NCBI GenBank assembly: GCA_964016885.1
Contig: OZ024753.1
Coordinates: 43,710,001 to 43,774,000 of the forward strand
Direction of reading: 5' to 3'
Source of the DNA: Eledone cirrhosa
Lineage: Eukaryota
DNA length: 64,000 nucleotides
Both the position numbers and the translations under genes were made by a program. The notes beneath the pieces are model-generated. The model was not told the DNA's origin. It ran no database searches and saw only the letters and a program-made list of their open reading frames with translations. How positions within the stretch are numbered: position 1 is the stretch's first letter; the number at the start of each line of letters is the position of its first letter. Below are positions 26,058 through 39,796 of this stretch, piece by piece.

Positions 26058-27701
26058 TATTTATCACACCCTCTCTCTCTCTTTATCACACCCTCTCTCT
26101 CTCTTTATCACACCCTCTCTCTCTCTTTATCACACCCTCTCTCTCTCTTTATCACACCCTCTCTCTCTCTTTATCACACTCTCTCTTTATCACACCCTCT
26201 CTCTATCTTTATCACACCCTCTCTCTATCTTTATCACACCCTCTCTCTCTCTGTATCACACCCTCTCTCTCTCTCTGTATCACACCCTCTCTCTCTCTTT
26301 ATCACACCCTCTCTCTCTCTTTATCACACACTCTCTCTCTCTTTATCACACCCTCTCTCTCTCTTTATCACACCCTCTCTCTCTCTGTATCACACCCTCT
26401 CTCTCTCTGTATCACACACTCTCTCTCTCTGTATCACACACTCTCTCTCTCTGTATCACACACTCTCTCTCTCTTTATCACACCCTCTCTCTATCTTTAT
26501 CACACACTCTCTCTTTCTTTATCACACACTCTCGCTCTCTTTATCACACCCTCTCTCTATCTTTATCACACCCTCTCTCTCTCTTTATCACACTCTCTCT
26601 CTCTCTTTACCACACCCTCTCTCTATCTTTATCACACCCTCTCTCTATCTTTATCACACCCTCTCTCTCTCTTTATCACACCCTCTCTCTCTCTTTATCA
26701 CACCCTCTCTCTCTCTTTATCACACCCTCTCTCTATCTTTATCACACCCTCTCTCTATCTTTATCACACCCTCTCTCTATCTTTATCACACCCTCTCTCT
26801 ATCTTTATCACACCCTCTCTCTATCTTTATCACACCTCTCTCTATCTTTATCACACTCTCTCTCTCTCTCTTTATCACACCCTCTCTCTCTCTTTATCAC
26901 ACCCTCTCTCTATCTTTATCACACACTCTCTCTTTCTTTATCACACACTCTCGCTCTCTTTATCACACCCTCTCTCTATCTTTATCACACCCTCTCTCTC
27001 TCTTTATCACACTCTCTCTCTCTCTTTACCACACCATCTCTCTCTCTTTATCACACACTCTCTCTCTCTCTATCACACACTCTCTCTCTCTTTATCACAC
27101 ACTCTCTCTCTCTTTATCACACACTCTCTCTCTCTTTATCACACACTCTCTCTCTCTTTATCACACACTCTCTCTCTCTTTATCACACACTCTCTCTCTC
27201 TTTATCACACCCTCTCTCTCTCTTTATCACACCCTCTCTCTCTCTCTATCACACACTCTCTCTCTATCACACACTCTCTCTCTCTCTATCACACACTCTC
27301 TCTCTCTCTATCACACACTCTCTCTCTCTCTATCACACACATTCTCTCTCTCTCTTTATCACACACTCTCTCTCTCTATCACACACTCTCTCTCTCTCTT
27401 TATCACACACACTCTCTCTCTCTTTATCACACACACTCTCTCTCTCTTTATCACACACACACTCTCTCTCTCTTTATCACACACACACTCTCTCTCTCTT
27501 TATCACACACACTCTCTCTCTCTTTATCACACACACTCTCTCTCTCAATCACACACTCTCTCTCTCTCTCTCACACACTCTCTCTCTCTCTATCACACAC
27601 TCTCTCTCTCTCTATCACACACACTCTCTCTCTCTCTCTATCACACACACTCTCTCTCTCTCTCTATCACACACACTCTCTCTCTCTCTCTATCACACAC
27701 A

Positions 27702-27734
<33 letters not shown>

Positions 27735-28090
27735 TCTCTCTATCACACACTCTCTCTCTCTTTATCACACACACTCTCTCTCTCTCTCTTTATCACACAC
27801 TCTCTCTCTCTCTTTATCACACACTCTCTCTCTCTCTCTCTTTATCACACACTCTCTCTCTCTCTCTTTATCACACACTCTCTCTCTCTCTCTTTATCAC
27901 ACACTCTCTCTCTCTTTATCACACACTCTCTCTCTCTTTATCACACACACACTCTCTATCTGTCTCTTTATCACATTCTCTCTGCTTCTCTCTCTCTCTC
28001 TCTCTATTACATTCTCTTTTCCCCCTCTCTCTCTCTCTTTATTACATTCTCTCTTTTCCCCCCTCTCTTTATCACACTCTCTCTCTTTTT
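26058..28090. repeat. ~22-bp CT-rich minisatellite (TTTATCACACCCTCTCTCTCTC)n
   Basis: Directly visible; it accounts for the spurious 847-aa ORF. Confidence 0.95.
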
Positions 28091-28995
28091 TTTATCACAT
28101 TCTCTCTCTATTTTCCCCTCTCTCTATCACATTCTCTTTTTTCCTCTCTTTCTCCTCCTCCTCTCCCCCCTCTTTTTTCTCTCTCTCTCTCGCTCTTTCT
28201 CTCTCTCTCTCGCTCTTTCTCTCTTTCTCCCCCCCCCCCTCCTCTCTCCTCTATCACACTCTCTCTTTATCGCTCTCTCTCTTTCTTTTCCTCTCTCCCT
28301 CTCTCATCCTCCCCCTCTCTCATCCTCTCTCTCTATATATATATACATATATCTGTTTTTCTCTCTATCACTTTCCCTATTCCTCCTCCCCTCTCGCCAT
28401 TATTCTCTCTCTTCCTTCTTCCCCCCCTCTCTCTCTCTCTCCCCTCTCTCTCTCCCACTACTCCCCACCAAACCAGTCAACTGTAACTGTTCTCCTGGAC
28501 TTCCATTTTTCTTCTTTGGTTCAGTTTGAGGTTCCATTTGACCTCTGACCTTTATCTACATTCCTCATATTTCACCTTCTACATTTCAACACATATTCCA
28601 TATCCTAGACACACATTTCACACTTCTTATAACGCAATCATACACACTCACACACACACACACACACACCATATACACACACACCGCACACACCATATAT
28701 ATACACACACCACACACTCACACACTCACACACACACACACACCATATATACACACACCACACACACCATATATATACACACTTACTCAGACACACACAC
28801 ACACACACACCATATATACACACCACACACACACAATATATATACACACACCACACACTCTCACACACCACACACACACACAATATATATACACACACCA
28901 CACACTCACTCACACACATACACACACACACACACACATCAATATATATATAAATATATCCTCACTCTGGAATTGCAGAAATATACAAACTGGTG

Positions 28996-30164
28996 AAGGT
29001 GTTTAGAAAATGAACACCTTAACCACACAGCCATGTCTGTACCTCTACACTAAACTAAGGTGTTTAGAAAGTGAACACCTTAACCACACAGCCATGTCTG
29101 TACCTCTACACTAAACTAAGGTGTTTACAAAGTGAACACCTTAACCACACAACCATGTCTGTACCTCTACACTAAACTAAGGTGTTTACAAAGTGAACAC
29201 CTTAACCACACAGCCATGTCTGTACCTCTACACTAAACTAAGGTGTTTAGAAAGTGAACACCTTAACCACACAGCCATGTCTGTACCTCTACACTAAACT
29301 AAGGTGTTTACAAAGTGAACACCTTAACCACACAACCATGTCTGTACCTCTACACTAAACTAAGGTGTTTAGAAAGTGAACACCTTAACCACACAGCCAT
29401 GTCTGTACCTCTACACTAAACTAAGGTGCTTAGAAAGTGAACACCTTAACCACACAGCCATGTCTGTACCTCTACACTAAACTAAGGTGTTTACAAAGTG
29501 AACACCTTAACCACACAGCCATGTCTGTACCTCTACACTAAACTAAGGTGCTTAGAAAGTGAACACCTTAACCACACAGCCATGTCTGTACCTCTACACT
29601 AAACTAAGGTGTTTACAAAGTGAACACCTTAACCACACAACCAGGTCTGTACCTCTACACTAAACTAAGGTGCTTAGAAAGTGAACACCTTAACCACACA
29701 GCCATGTCTGTACCTCTACACTAAACTAAGGTGCTTAGAAAGTGAACACCTTAACCACACAGCCATGTCTGTACCTCTACACTAAACTAAGGTGTTTAGA
29801 AAGTGAACACCTTAACCACACAACCAGGTCTGTACCTCTACACTAAACTAAGGTGTTTACAAAGTGAACACCTTAACCACACAGCCATGTCTGTACCTCT
29901 ACACTAAACTAAGGTGTTTAGAAAGTGAACACCTTAACCACACAGCCATGTCTGTACCTCTACACTAAACTAAGGTGTTTACAAAGTGAACACCTTAACC
30001 ACACAACCATGTCTGTACCTCTACACTAAACTAAGGTGTTTACAAAGTGAACACCTTAACCACACAACCAGGTCTGTACCTCTACACTAAACTAAGGTGT
30101 TTACAAAGTGAACACCTTAACCACACAACCATGTCTGTACCTCTACACTAAAATAAGGTGTTTA
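28996..30164. repeat. 61-bp tandem array, ~19 copies
   Basis: Unit AAGGTGTTTAGAAAGTGAACACCTTAACCACACAGCCATGTCTGTACCTCTACACTAAACT. Confidence 0.97.
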
Positions 30165-30231
30165 TATTTAGGAGCTCTCAATAGCAATTCACTTCTACAT
30201 TTTCAGTGTGTATTCAACACTACTCTGATGT

Positions 30232-31027
30232 TCTCAGTTTTGTTGATCAGCAGTCAGTGTGTACTCAACTCTGCTCTGCTACAATGTACTCAGTTTTGTT
30301 GATCAGCAGTCAGTGTGTACTCAACTCTGCTCTGCTACAATGTACTCAGTTTTGTTGATCAGCAGTCAGTGTGTACTCAACTCTGCTCTGCTACAATGTA
30401 CTCAGTTTTATTGATCAGCAGTCAGTGTGTACTCAACTCTGCTCTGCTACAATGTACTCAGTTTTATTGATCAGCAGTCAGTGTGAACTCAACTCTGCTC
30501 TGCTACAATGTACTCAGTTTTATTGATCAGCAGTCAGTGTGTACTCAACTCTGCTCTGCTCTGCTACAATGTACTCAGTTTTATTGATCAGCAGTCAGTG
30601 TGAACTCAACTCTGCTCTGCTACAATGTACTCAGTTTTATTGATCAGCAGTCAGTGTGTACTCAACTCTGCTCTGCTACAATGTACTCAGTTTTATTGAT
30701 CAGCAGTCAGTGTGTACTCAACTCTGCTCTGTTACAATGTACTCAGTTTTATTGATCAGCAGTCAGTGTGTACTCAACTCTGCTCTGTTACAATGTACTC
30801 AGTTTTATTGATCAGCAGTCAGTGTGTACTCAACTCTGCTCTGTTACAATGTACTCAGTTTTATTGATCAGCAATCAGTGTGAACTCAACTCTGCTCTGC
30901 TACAATGTACTCAGTTTTATTGATCAGCAGTCAGTGTGTACTCAACTCTGCTCTACTACAATGTACTCAGTTTTATTGATCAGCAGTCAGTGTGTACTCA
31001 ACTCCGCTCTACTACAATGTACTCAGA
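30232..31027. repeat. 56-bp tandem array, ~14 copies
   Basis: Unit TACTCAGTTTTATTGATCAGCAGTCAGTGTGTACTCAACTCTGCTCTGCTACAATG. Confidence 0.97.
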
Positions 31028-31069
31028 TTTGGTTATTTATTCACCTATCATTAATTTTTATACATATAA

Positions 31070-31284
31070 TGCAGTGGATTTGCAGTGTCGGCAGAGCATC
31101 TGATAATATGCTTTGTGGCATAGAGTTCCGGCCATTTACGCTCCGAGTTCAAATCCCGCTGAGGTTAGCTTTGCCTTTCATCCTTACAGGGTCAATAAAA
31201 TAAAGTACCAGTAATACACTGGGGTTGATTTCATCGACTTCCCCTCCGCCAAAATTTCTGGCCTTGTGCCTAAATCAGAAACCA
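31070..31284 (+). mobile_element. SINE family A
   Basis: B-box, central domain and tail are present. Confidence 0.8.
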
Positions 31285-31356
31285 TTGATTTTTCATATAT
31301 TTTAAAGAAGTTACGAGATTGGTATTCTGTTAAGGTTGTTTATGATGTAGTAATCC

Positions 31357-32407
31357 TGATGATGGTGATGATGATGGTAATGATGGTGATGTGATGGTGG
31401 TGGTGGTGATGGTGGTGGTGGTGATGAGGATGATGATGATGGTGATGATAATGGTGGTGGTGGTGGTGATTGTGATGTGATGGTGGTGGTGGTGGTGGTG
31501 ATGAGGATGATGATGGTGATGGTGATGGTGGTGGTGATTGTGATGTGATGGTGGTGGTGGTGGTGGTGATGGTGGTGATGATGATGATGGTGATGGTGAT
31601 GATGATGGTGGTGGTGGTTGTGATGTGATGGTGGTGGTGGTGGTGGTGATGAGGATGATGATGATGGTGATGGTGGTGGTGATTGTGATGTGATGGTGGT
31701 GGTGGTGGTGGTGGTGATGGTGGTGATGATGGTGATGGTGATGATGATGATGGTGATGGTGGTTGTGATGTGGTGGTGGTGGTGGTGGTGGTGATGAGGA
31801 TGATGGTGATGGTGATGGTGGTTGTGATTGTGATGTGATGGTGGTGGTGGTGGTGATGGTGGTGGTGGTGGTGGTGGTGGTGGTGGTGATGATGATGGTG
31901 ATGATAATGGTGGTGGTGATTGTGATGTGATGGTGGTGATGAGGATGATGATGGTGATGGTGGTGGTGGTGGTGGTGGTGGTGATGGTGATGGTGGTGGT
32001 GATGATGATGGTGATGATAATGGTGGTGGTGATTGTGATGTGATGGTGGTGGTGGTGGTGGTGGTGATGAGGATGATGATGATGGTGATGGTGGTGGTGA
32101 TTGTGATGTGATGGTGGTGGTGGTGGTGGTGGTGGTGATGATGATGATGGTGATGATAATGGTGGTGGTGATTGTGATGTGATGGTGGTGGTGGTGGTGA
32201 TGGTGGTGGTGATGATGATGGTGAGGATAATGGTGATGGTGGTGGTGGTTGTGATTGTGATGGTGGTGGTGGTGGTGGTGGTGATGATGATGGTGATGAA
32301 AATGGCGATGATGGTGGTGATTGTGATGGTGATGGTGATGATAACAATAGTAATTAGTATGATGATGATGATAATGGCGATTATGATAATGATGATGATG
32401 ATGATGA
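31357..32407. repeat. (GGT/GAT)n trinucleotide tract with a recurring GATTGTGATGTGATG marker
   Basis: Directly visible in the sequence. Confidence 0.92.
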
Positions 32408-32739
32408 GGTCTATGTTGAGCTCACATGTATCGTAACCTATTTTTACTCCATGTTTCTACATATTTAGTGGCCCCTGGACATATTGTTATCTTGTCTCCT
32501 CCCTCTTATACTCCAGGTCTTGCATGTTCATTTGTAAACCCCCCCCCCCACACACATATATATACATATATATATACATGTGTGTGTGTATGTATATGTA
32601 TACATACGCACACGCACACATATGTGTGTATATGTATATATGTATATATATATGTGTGTGTATATATATATATATGTATATATATATATAATGTATATAT
32701 ATATATATATGTACATATATATATATATATATATGTACA

Positions 32740-32781
<42 letters not shown>

Positions 32782-32827
32782 TATATGTATATACATGTAT
32801 ATGTACATATATATGTATGTATATATG

Positions 32828-32911
<84 letters not shown>

Positions 32912-32966
32912 TATACATACACACATATATATACACATATATATTTGTATGTATATGTACACATAC

Positions 32967-32999
<33 letters not shown>

Positions 33000-33109
33000 T
33001 ATATATAAAGAGAGAGAGCATGACACATGTGCATATGTCATTCAATGGGGAAGACATTGTGGAGAAAATTACTATAATAATGAAACTTGCCTAATCAGCA
33101 ATATTGATG

Positions 33110-33143
<34 letters not shown>

Positions 33144-33798
33144 TTATAACAACCACAACAATAATAACAGTAATAATAACATCAACAACAACCACAATAA
33201 TTATAATAAAACAACAACTATAGTAATAATAATAATGCTAATAAAACAACAACAACAACTCTAATAATAATGTTGCTGTAATAATTGCTGTTACACAGAT
33301 TGAGAAATGACTAGAGTGAAAAGTTTTCTTTGCCCTGCCTTTTCTCATATAATCAATACCCCCCCCCCCCCCCCCCCCTATTGAAGCTCTGTTATTAATT
33401 GCCCATACATTAGCAACAACATTCTCTATGTTTATAAACGTCAGCGCTTCATTTGTCTAAACAATCTTTAACACCACCGTCCTCACCCGCTACACAGACC
33501 ACCTCCATCTCCACCACTGCCCTCTCCAAAACTACTAATCTAATCTTTCTAAGCCTCTCCTACAATGCCAATTTTCAGTAATGATTTCTTTGTTTCCTTT
33601 GTTGTTGATGTTGGATTTTTGATGTTTATGTTAGTGCTGTTGTTGTATTTGTTAGTGTTGTGGTTGAGGTTGTGGTTGTTAGTGTTGTTGTTGTTGTTGT
33701 TGTTGTGGTGATTGTTACTTTGTCCTTAAACCTTTCAACATCTAGCGACTGACCGATTTTACCAGAATATTAACAGATGTAATATGTAAAAAGTTTAT

Positions 33799-33831
<33 letters not shown>

Positions 33832-33980
33832 GTAATAATAATAGTAATGATGATGAAACGAAAGTGCTTGCCTGGCAACTTTGAAGTTTCTTTATCAATG
33901 ATAAAAACAAATGTAGGTGTGTTATAAACATAACAGTAAATTCTAGAATATTTATCTATTTAACCATCTCTATTTATCTA

Positions 33981-34049
<69 letters not shown>

Positions 34050-34086
34050 GTATGTATGTATGTATGTATGTATGTATGTATGTATG

Positions 34087-34118
<32 letters not shown>

Positions 34119-34226
34119 AGGTAAACAGAAATAACAATACAATCGGTACAGTATATGGAAGGGATATATTAGATTAACGCTTGATATAGCAGGAAGAGGG
34201 TCTTAATGTTTCGGATGCTAATCCTG

Positions 34227-34278
<52 letters not shown>

Positions 34279-34619
34279 TATATTTATGTATATAGACACA
34301 TATATATATATATACATTTCAACCAGGTTTGATGGTCTTTATTCTCTCGTTCACGATTCCACCGAATTTATATTCATAGAAATCTGGGACTTGTTTCTTT
34401 CTTCATCACTTTCTGTTGCTTAAACCATTTTGTTTGTTTACCATAGCGTCCCCTTTATTTACGTGTCCCAACAAATTTTTTAGCCGTTGCTCGCCCCAAC
34501 CTGAGGTATATGGCCTTTAAAGCAATGAAATGCCTATGACGGTTGGAAGGCCACTGATGAAGGACAACTTTTTCATATGTAACCAATTTGCAACGCCGCA
34601 GCTCCATTATTATCATATT

Positions 34620-34664
<45 letters not shown>

Positions 34665-34665
<1 letters not shown>

Positions 34666-34970
34666 TCATCATCGTCACCATTTAACATCCATTTTTCCAC
34701 GCTAGCATGGTTTAGATGGGTTGTCCAATTAGAGGTAAACTGGACCACGTGATCATGTCTTCATCATCATCTTCGTTTAACGTCCATCTTCCACGCTAGC
34801 ATGGGTTAGACAGGAGTTGTCCCACTTGAGGCAAGATTGGTTGGGTGACCGTGTCTCGCACATATAGGACTATCTGGCAGGTTTTCTATGGCTGGATGCC
34901 CTTCCTAACACCAACCACATGTACAGTGTGGAACTGGGAACTTTTTACCGTGTTACCTCGCGGTCTTAAT
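34665..34970 (-). mobile_element. Two stacked RTE 3'-tail fragments
   Basis: (CAT)n followed by CGTTTAACGTCCATCTTCCACGCTAGCATGGGTTAGAC; reverse complement of 38175-38355. Confidence 0.75.
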
Positions 34971-34978
34971 CATGTATA

Positions 34979-35022
<44 letters not shown>

Positions 35023-35241
35023 TTAAAATAACAGATTAAAGTTTAAGCAAAGAATCGCTGCGTCCATCCTTAACGGGATCTTCTGAAACTAAAAAAGTCA
35101 ATCTGTGAACGCAGAAGTAAATATTTCAAAAAACGTTGCAACCGGAGGAAGACGATACTTTGGTTCGAGCCCTCTTTGGATTTAGTCTTCAAATTTATTA
35201 TTATTACTATTATTATTATTATTATTAATATATATATATAT

Positions 35242-35585
35242 GGAGGCACATGGCTTAGTGGTTAGAGCATTGGCCTTGCAATCGAAAGGTTGTGAGTTCA
35301 ATTCTCAGACCGGATGATGTGTTGTTTCCTTGAGCAAGACACTTTATTTCACATTGCTCCAGTTTACTCAGCTGTAGAAATGAGATGATAGGGACTGGGG
35401 TCCATATCATTCCACTGCAAAGTGGTCGTGGAGGTGCCACGGCAAAAAAGCACCCAGCACTCACTGTAAATGAGGTTGGTGTTAGGAAGGGCATCCAGCT
35501 GTAGAAATCAAGCCAGAATCAGTTCCCGTCCCACCCTTGCAAGCAGGGAAAAGTGGACGTAAAATGAAATGAAAAATGAAATGAA
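35242..35585 (+). mobile_element. SINE family B, full length
   Basis: Near-identical to 23514-23850, with an (AAATG)n tail. Confidence 0.85.
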
Positions 35586-36069
35586 ATATATAGTGGGGCT
35601 TCTGACCTCAGAGAGACCAAGGGGTCTGTACACTAATATAGAGTGCAGTAAAGTTATCGTATTTTTTGACAAGACCTAAAGGGTCCTTGTAACTTGTTCT
35701 TTCACAAGCTTTCTATGGCTGGGTGCCTCTGCTAATGCCAACTATTTACAGTGTGTACTGGATACTATTAATATGTAGATCACCAACACTACGGAGGTTG
35801 TCATGTCCCTGATACAACTGAAGGGTCCTCTCAACCCTTTGATTGGCAAGCTTTCTACAGCTGGATACCTTACCTATCATCAACCACTTTACAGATGCAT
35901 TTATTGTGTAGATCACTACACACACACCCATATATATATATATATATATATGTGGGTGTGCATGGTGGAAAGAGAAGAGATGAAAAAAAAAAACTAAGTG
36001 TTTTTCTCTCTGAATAGAAAACACTTGTAGTAGTATATTAGTGAATATTTCATTAAGCTGACACTATTA

Positions 36070-36132
<63 letters not shown>

Positions 36133-36279
36133 TATATATATATATATATACTATCATATATATATATATATATATACTATCATATATATACATACTATCA
36201 TATATATATACATACTATCATATATATATATACATACTATCATATATATATATACTATCATATATATATAAATATATCA

Positions 36280-36321
<42 letters not shown>

Positions 36322-36564
36322 ATGTATGTATATATGTGTGTATATATACACACACCAGTGTACACTAGATTGGATCAATATTCATTTCCCCAAATTCCTG
36401 GACCACTCCAGCCACATCAGATTTCTATTGAATCAATAAATTACTGGCTGTTATTTTCAAAAAGACTAATTGATTGTTGATGATCGAATAGTTAGCGGTA
36501 GTACCATGTATTGATTTATATATATATACACATATACACGTGTATATATATATATATATATATG

Positions 36565-36596
<32 letters not shown>

Positions 36597-36742
36597 CATA
36601 CACGTGTATGTATATATGTATACATATATAGGTATATATTTATAAATGTGTATATATGTGTCTATATATATATACATACATATATATGTGTGTGTGTGTG
36701 TGTATTTATTTTTTATGTATATTTATTTATTTATTTTACTGC

Positions 36743-36804
<62 letters not shown>

Positions 36805-36876
36805 GTATGTATATATGTATACATATATAGGTATATATTTATAAATGTGTATATATGTGTCTATATATATACATAC

Positions 36877-36912
<36 letters not shown>

Positions 36913-37317
36913 ATTTATTTTTTATGTATATTTATTTATTTATTTTACTGCTAATGATGACTAGAAAATCAAGTACAAAAGAGTTTAGTATATAAAGCAA
37001 GAAAAAGTAAATTTGAAGAAAAAAATAATAATAGTAATAAAGTGAACGTAGGTAGATTTGTCAATAGCTTATTATTGAAATATATGGTATAAAATAATAA
37101 CATCCTGCAGTCTGTGTGTTGGTCTGGCTGGCTGGTTATTAGCTATTTAGTCCCCAGAGTATGTTCTGCCTCACTGAATAATTATTACACAAATATCATT
37201 AACTCTTAACATCCTGTTATGATCGAGCTGGAAATATCTAAAAACTTGCTTTGTTAATTCAAATGTTTATAATATCTTCAGTTGTTGATAGATAGATTGT
37301 TGAGAAGTTTTGTAACA

Positions 37318-37495
37318 TTATCGGTAGAGGGTCGGACGCCATGCTTTGCAGCAAAGAGTTACGCCCCTTTATGGTCTGAGTTCAAATCCCGCCGAGGTTA
37401 ACTTTGCCTTTCATCCTTACGGGGTCGATAAAATAAAGTTCCAGTAATACACTGGGATAATTGCTGGCCTTGTGCCAAAAGTATAAACAAATATT
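37318..37495 (+). mobile_element. SINE family A
   Basis: Matches the consensus; slightly 5'-truncated. Confidence 0.85.
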
Positions 37496-37717
37496 ATAGT
37501 AAAAATATTTCTTTATGTGACGCAGTCATAGTACTGTTTTGTATTTTTCAAGAATGTCTAACATTGTTTTATAAGGTTCATTAACTCAAATGTTTATAGT
37601 ATGTATTATATAGTCAATATAGTATGTTATATAGTATATATATAGTATCTATTATATAGTATATATAGTATCTATTATATAGTATATATAGTATCTATTA
37701 TATAGTATATATAATAG

Positions 37718-38354
37718 ATAATAAGAGGGATCAGATGTTGTTTACTCGAGAGAAGGCTACGTTGGTATGGTCACGTGATGCGCATGAAAGACGACAGCTG
37801 TATAGCAAAGTGCAGGGCAATAAAGATAGACGGTAGCCACGGAGTAGGCAGACCCAGAAAAACCTGGGACGAGCTGATAAATTCCGACCTCACACACTTA
37901 CACCTCTCCAAGACAATGTCACTGGACCGAGACCTTTGGCGGTACTCAGTAATAGAGAAGACCCGCCTTACTTAAATACAAAGTAAAACCTACTACACTC
38001 AGTAGGCATCTCTAACAAAATACACCCCCGTCCCACCACCCCACCCCATCCACACTGCCCCTTTCAATGTAAAGTTATGTTGGTGCCACAAAATCTATGC
38101 CGAAACAAATGAGATCATGTAGGTGTCACGACAAAAAAACACACAGTCCACGCTGTAATATGGCCGTGTAGGCAACACGGTAAAAACCTCCCAGTCCCAC
38201 ACTGTAAATGTGGTTGGTGTTAGGAAGGGCATCCAACTGTAGAAAACCTGCCAGACAGTCCTATGCGAGCAAGACAATCACTCTTGCCTCAAGTGGGAAA
38301 ACTCCCGTCCAAACCCATGCGTGGAACATGGACGTTAAACGATGATGATGATGA
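37718..38354 (+). mobile_element. 5'-truncated RTE LINE (ORF end, 3' UTR, (GAT)n tail)
   Basis: Translates to IRGIRCCLLERRLRWYGHVMRMKDDSCIAKCRAIKIDGSHGVGRPRKTWDELI. The same ATAGTATCTATT(A/G)TATAGTAT minisatellite flanks both sides. Confidence 0.88.
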
Positions 38355-38448
38355 TATAGTATCTATTGTATAGTATATATAGTATCTATTGTATAGTATA
38401 TATATAGTATCTATTGTATAGTATATATAGTATCTATAGTATAGTTAA

Positions 38449-39033
38449 CTAACAGTGGTACCCGGTGTTGCACGGGATAAGGTATTTTGGAACGTGGGCC
38501 GCCAACAGACCTAATAGGGGAAAAACTGCATGCCTGGATAATATGTAAAGAAAATAAACTGAATACTCTGATGGCTGGATAATCTTTAAGATTTTCCTCA
38601 ATGAAGAAGGAAAAATGCAGGTTTTCACCTAATGCGGTCCCTGGGGGATCAAGAAAATGAATTTTTTTATGTGCATAATATGCCTTGAAATTTCGGGAAA
38701 ATCGGCTACATGTAACGCCTCAAAAAAGCGCTGAAAAAATGTTTTTCACCTAGTGCGGGCCCTAGGCCATAAAAAGTTGGATTATCTTTGCTCACGGTAT
38801 GAAGAAGAGACTGACTAATACATAGTTACAATTTCAAGGAAATTGGTCTGATGTAACGCCTCAAAAAGACCCTAAAAAGCTGAAAAAGACGCAGTTTTTC
38901 ACCTAGGGGATCAAAAAGTTGAATTTTTTTACAAGTAATACACATGTAAAGTCTGAACTTGGGTACTTCTCAAGTTTTAGGGATTCCATCTCACATACAC
39001 ACACACACACATCCTCTGTTTTATATATAGAGA
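38449..39033 (-). mobile_element. Non-autonomous Helitron-like element
   Basis: The minus strand starts A|TCTCTATATATAAAA and ends with a CCCGTGCAACACCGGG hairpin about 10 nt before TTAG|T (CTAG expected). It has internal diverged ~120-bp repeats and (CA)n. Confidence 0.65.
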
Positions 39034-39372
39034 TATCACACTAAAGGACAGATCATTGTGTAAAGTTGTAGTACTAAAGTAAAGACTTGAATTATAATAA
39101 TGTGATGAAGTTATAATACTGTTATATATTTTACAAGAACCTCTTGCTAATGTGGTTACATGTAGTTTGTTAATTCAACTGGTTAAAGTATCTTTACTAA
39201 TTGATAGATTGCTGTGTAAATATGCAGTAAACTAAAGCAAAGACTAATTATTAATGTGATATAGTCATAGTTCTGTTCTGCTAATCTGGTTTTGTGTGGT
39301 AAGCAATGTTTAGAGTTAATATCTAGTCTGACTAAATGAACATTAGATTACAGAATAGGTGTCAATGAATCT

Positions 39373-39615
39373 ATGTACACAAAGATGTGTATATGAATGT
39401 ATGTATAGTTAAATTTATGTACACAAAGATGTGTATATGAATGTATGTATAGTTAAATATATGTACAGAAAGATGTGTATATGAATGTATGTATAGTTAA
39501 ATATACGTACACAAAGATGTGTATATGAATGTATGTATAGTTAAATATACGTACACAAAGATGTGTGGATGAATGTATGTATAGTTAAATATATATACAC
39601 AAAGATGTGTGTATG
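39373..39615. repeat. 44-bp tandem repeat, ~5.5 copies
   Basis: Unit GTACACAAAGATGTGTATATGAATGTATGTATAGTTAAATATAT. Confidence 0.9.
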
Positions 39616-39796
39616 TCTATATGTTTATACACAGAGATATGTGTATGTCTAAGTGTTTATACACAAATATATGTGTATGACTAAATGTATGTACACATCG
39701 ATGTGTGTATGTGTGTGTGTGTGTATGAATGAAAGTAAGTACACATGAGTATGTGTATATGTGTTTGTATGAATCATGAGTATGTGTATATATATA

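Noticed and set aside
25943-28486. 847-aa ORF
   Set aside because: It is the translation of a CT-rich minisatellite that lacks stop codons; the same applies to all the YI, HT, CV and poly-H/P ORFs.
28996-31027. CRISPR-like appearance of regular repeats with a hairpin
   Set aside because: Units are head-to-tail with no unique spacers, there are no cas genes, and the context is eukaryotic.
34548-34600. GGCCA-CTGATGA-AGG half core
   Set aside because: No downstream GAAA or matching stem I.
35242-35312. tRNA gene
   Set aside because: A and B boxes are present, but it is the head of a multi-copy SINE and I see no complete cloverleaf.
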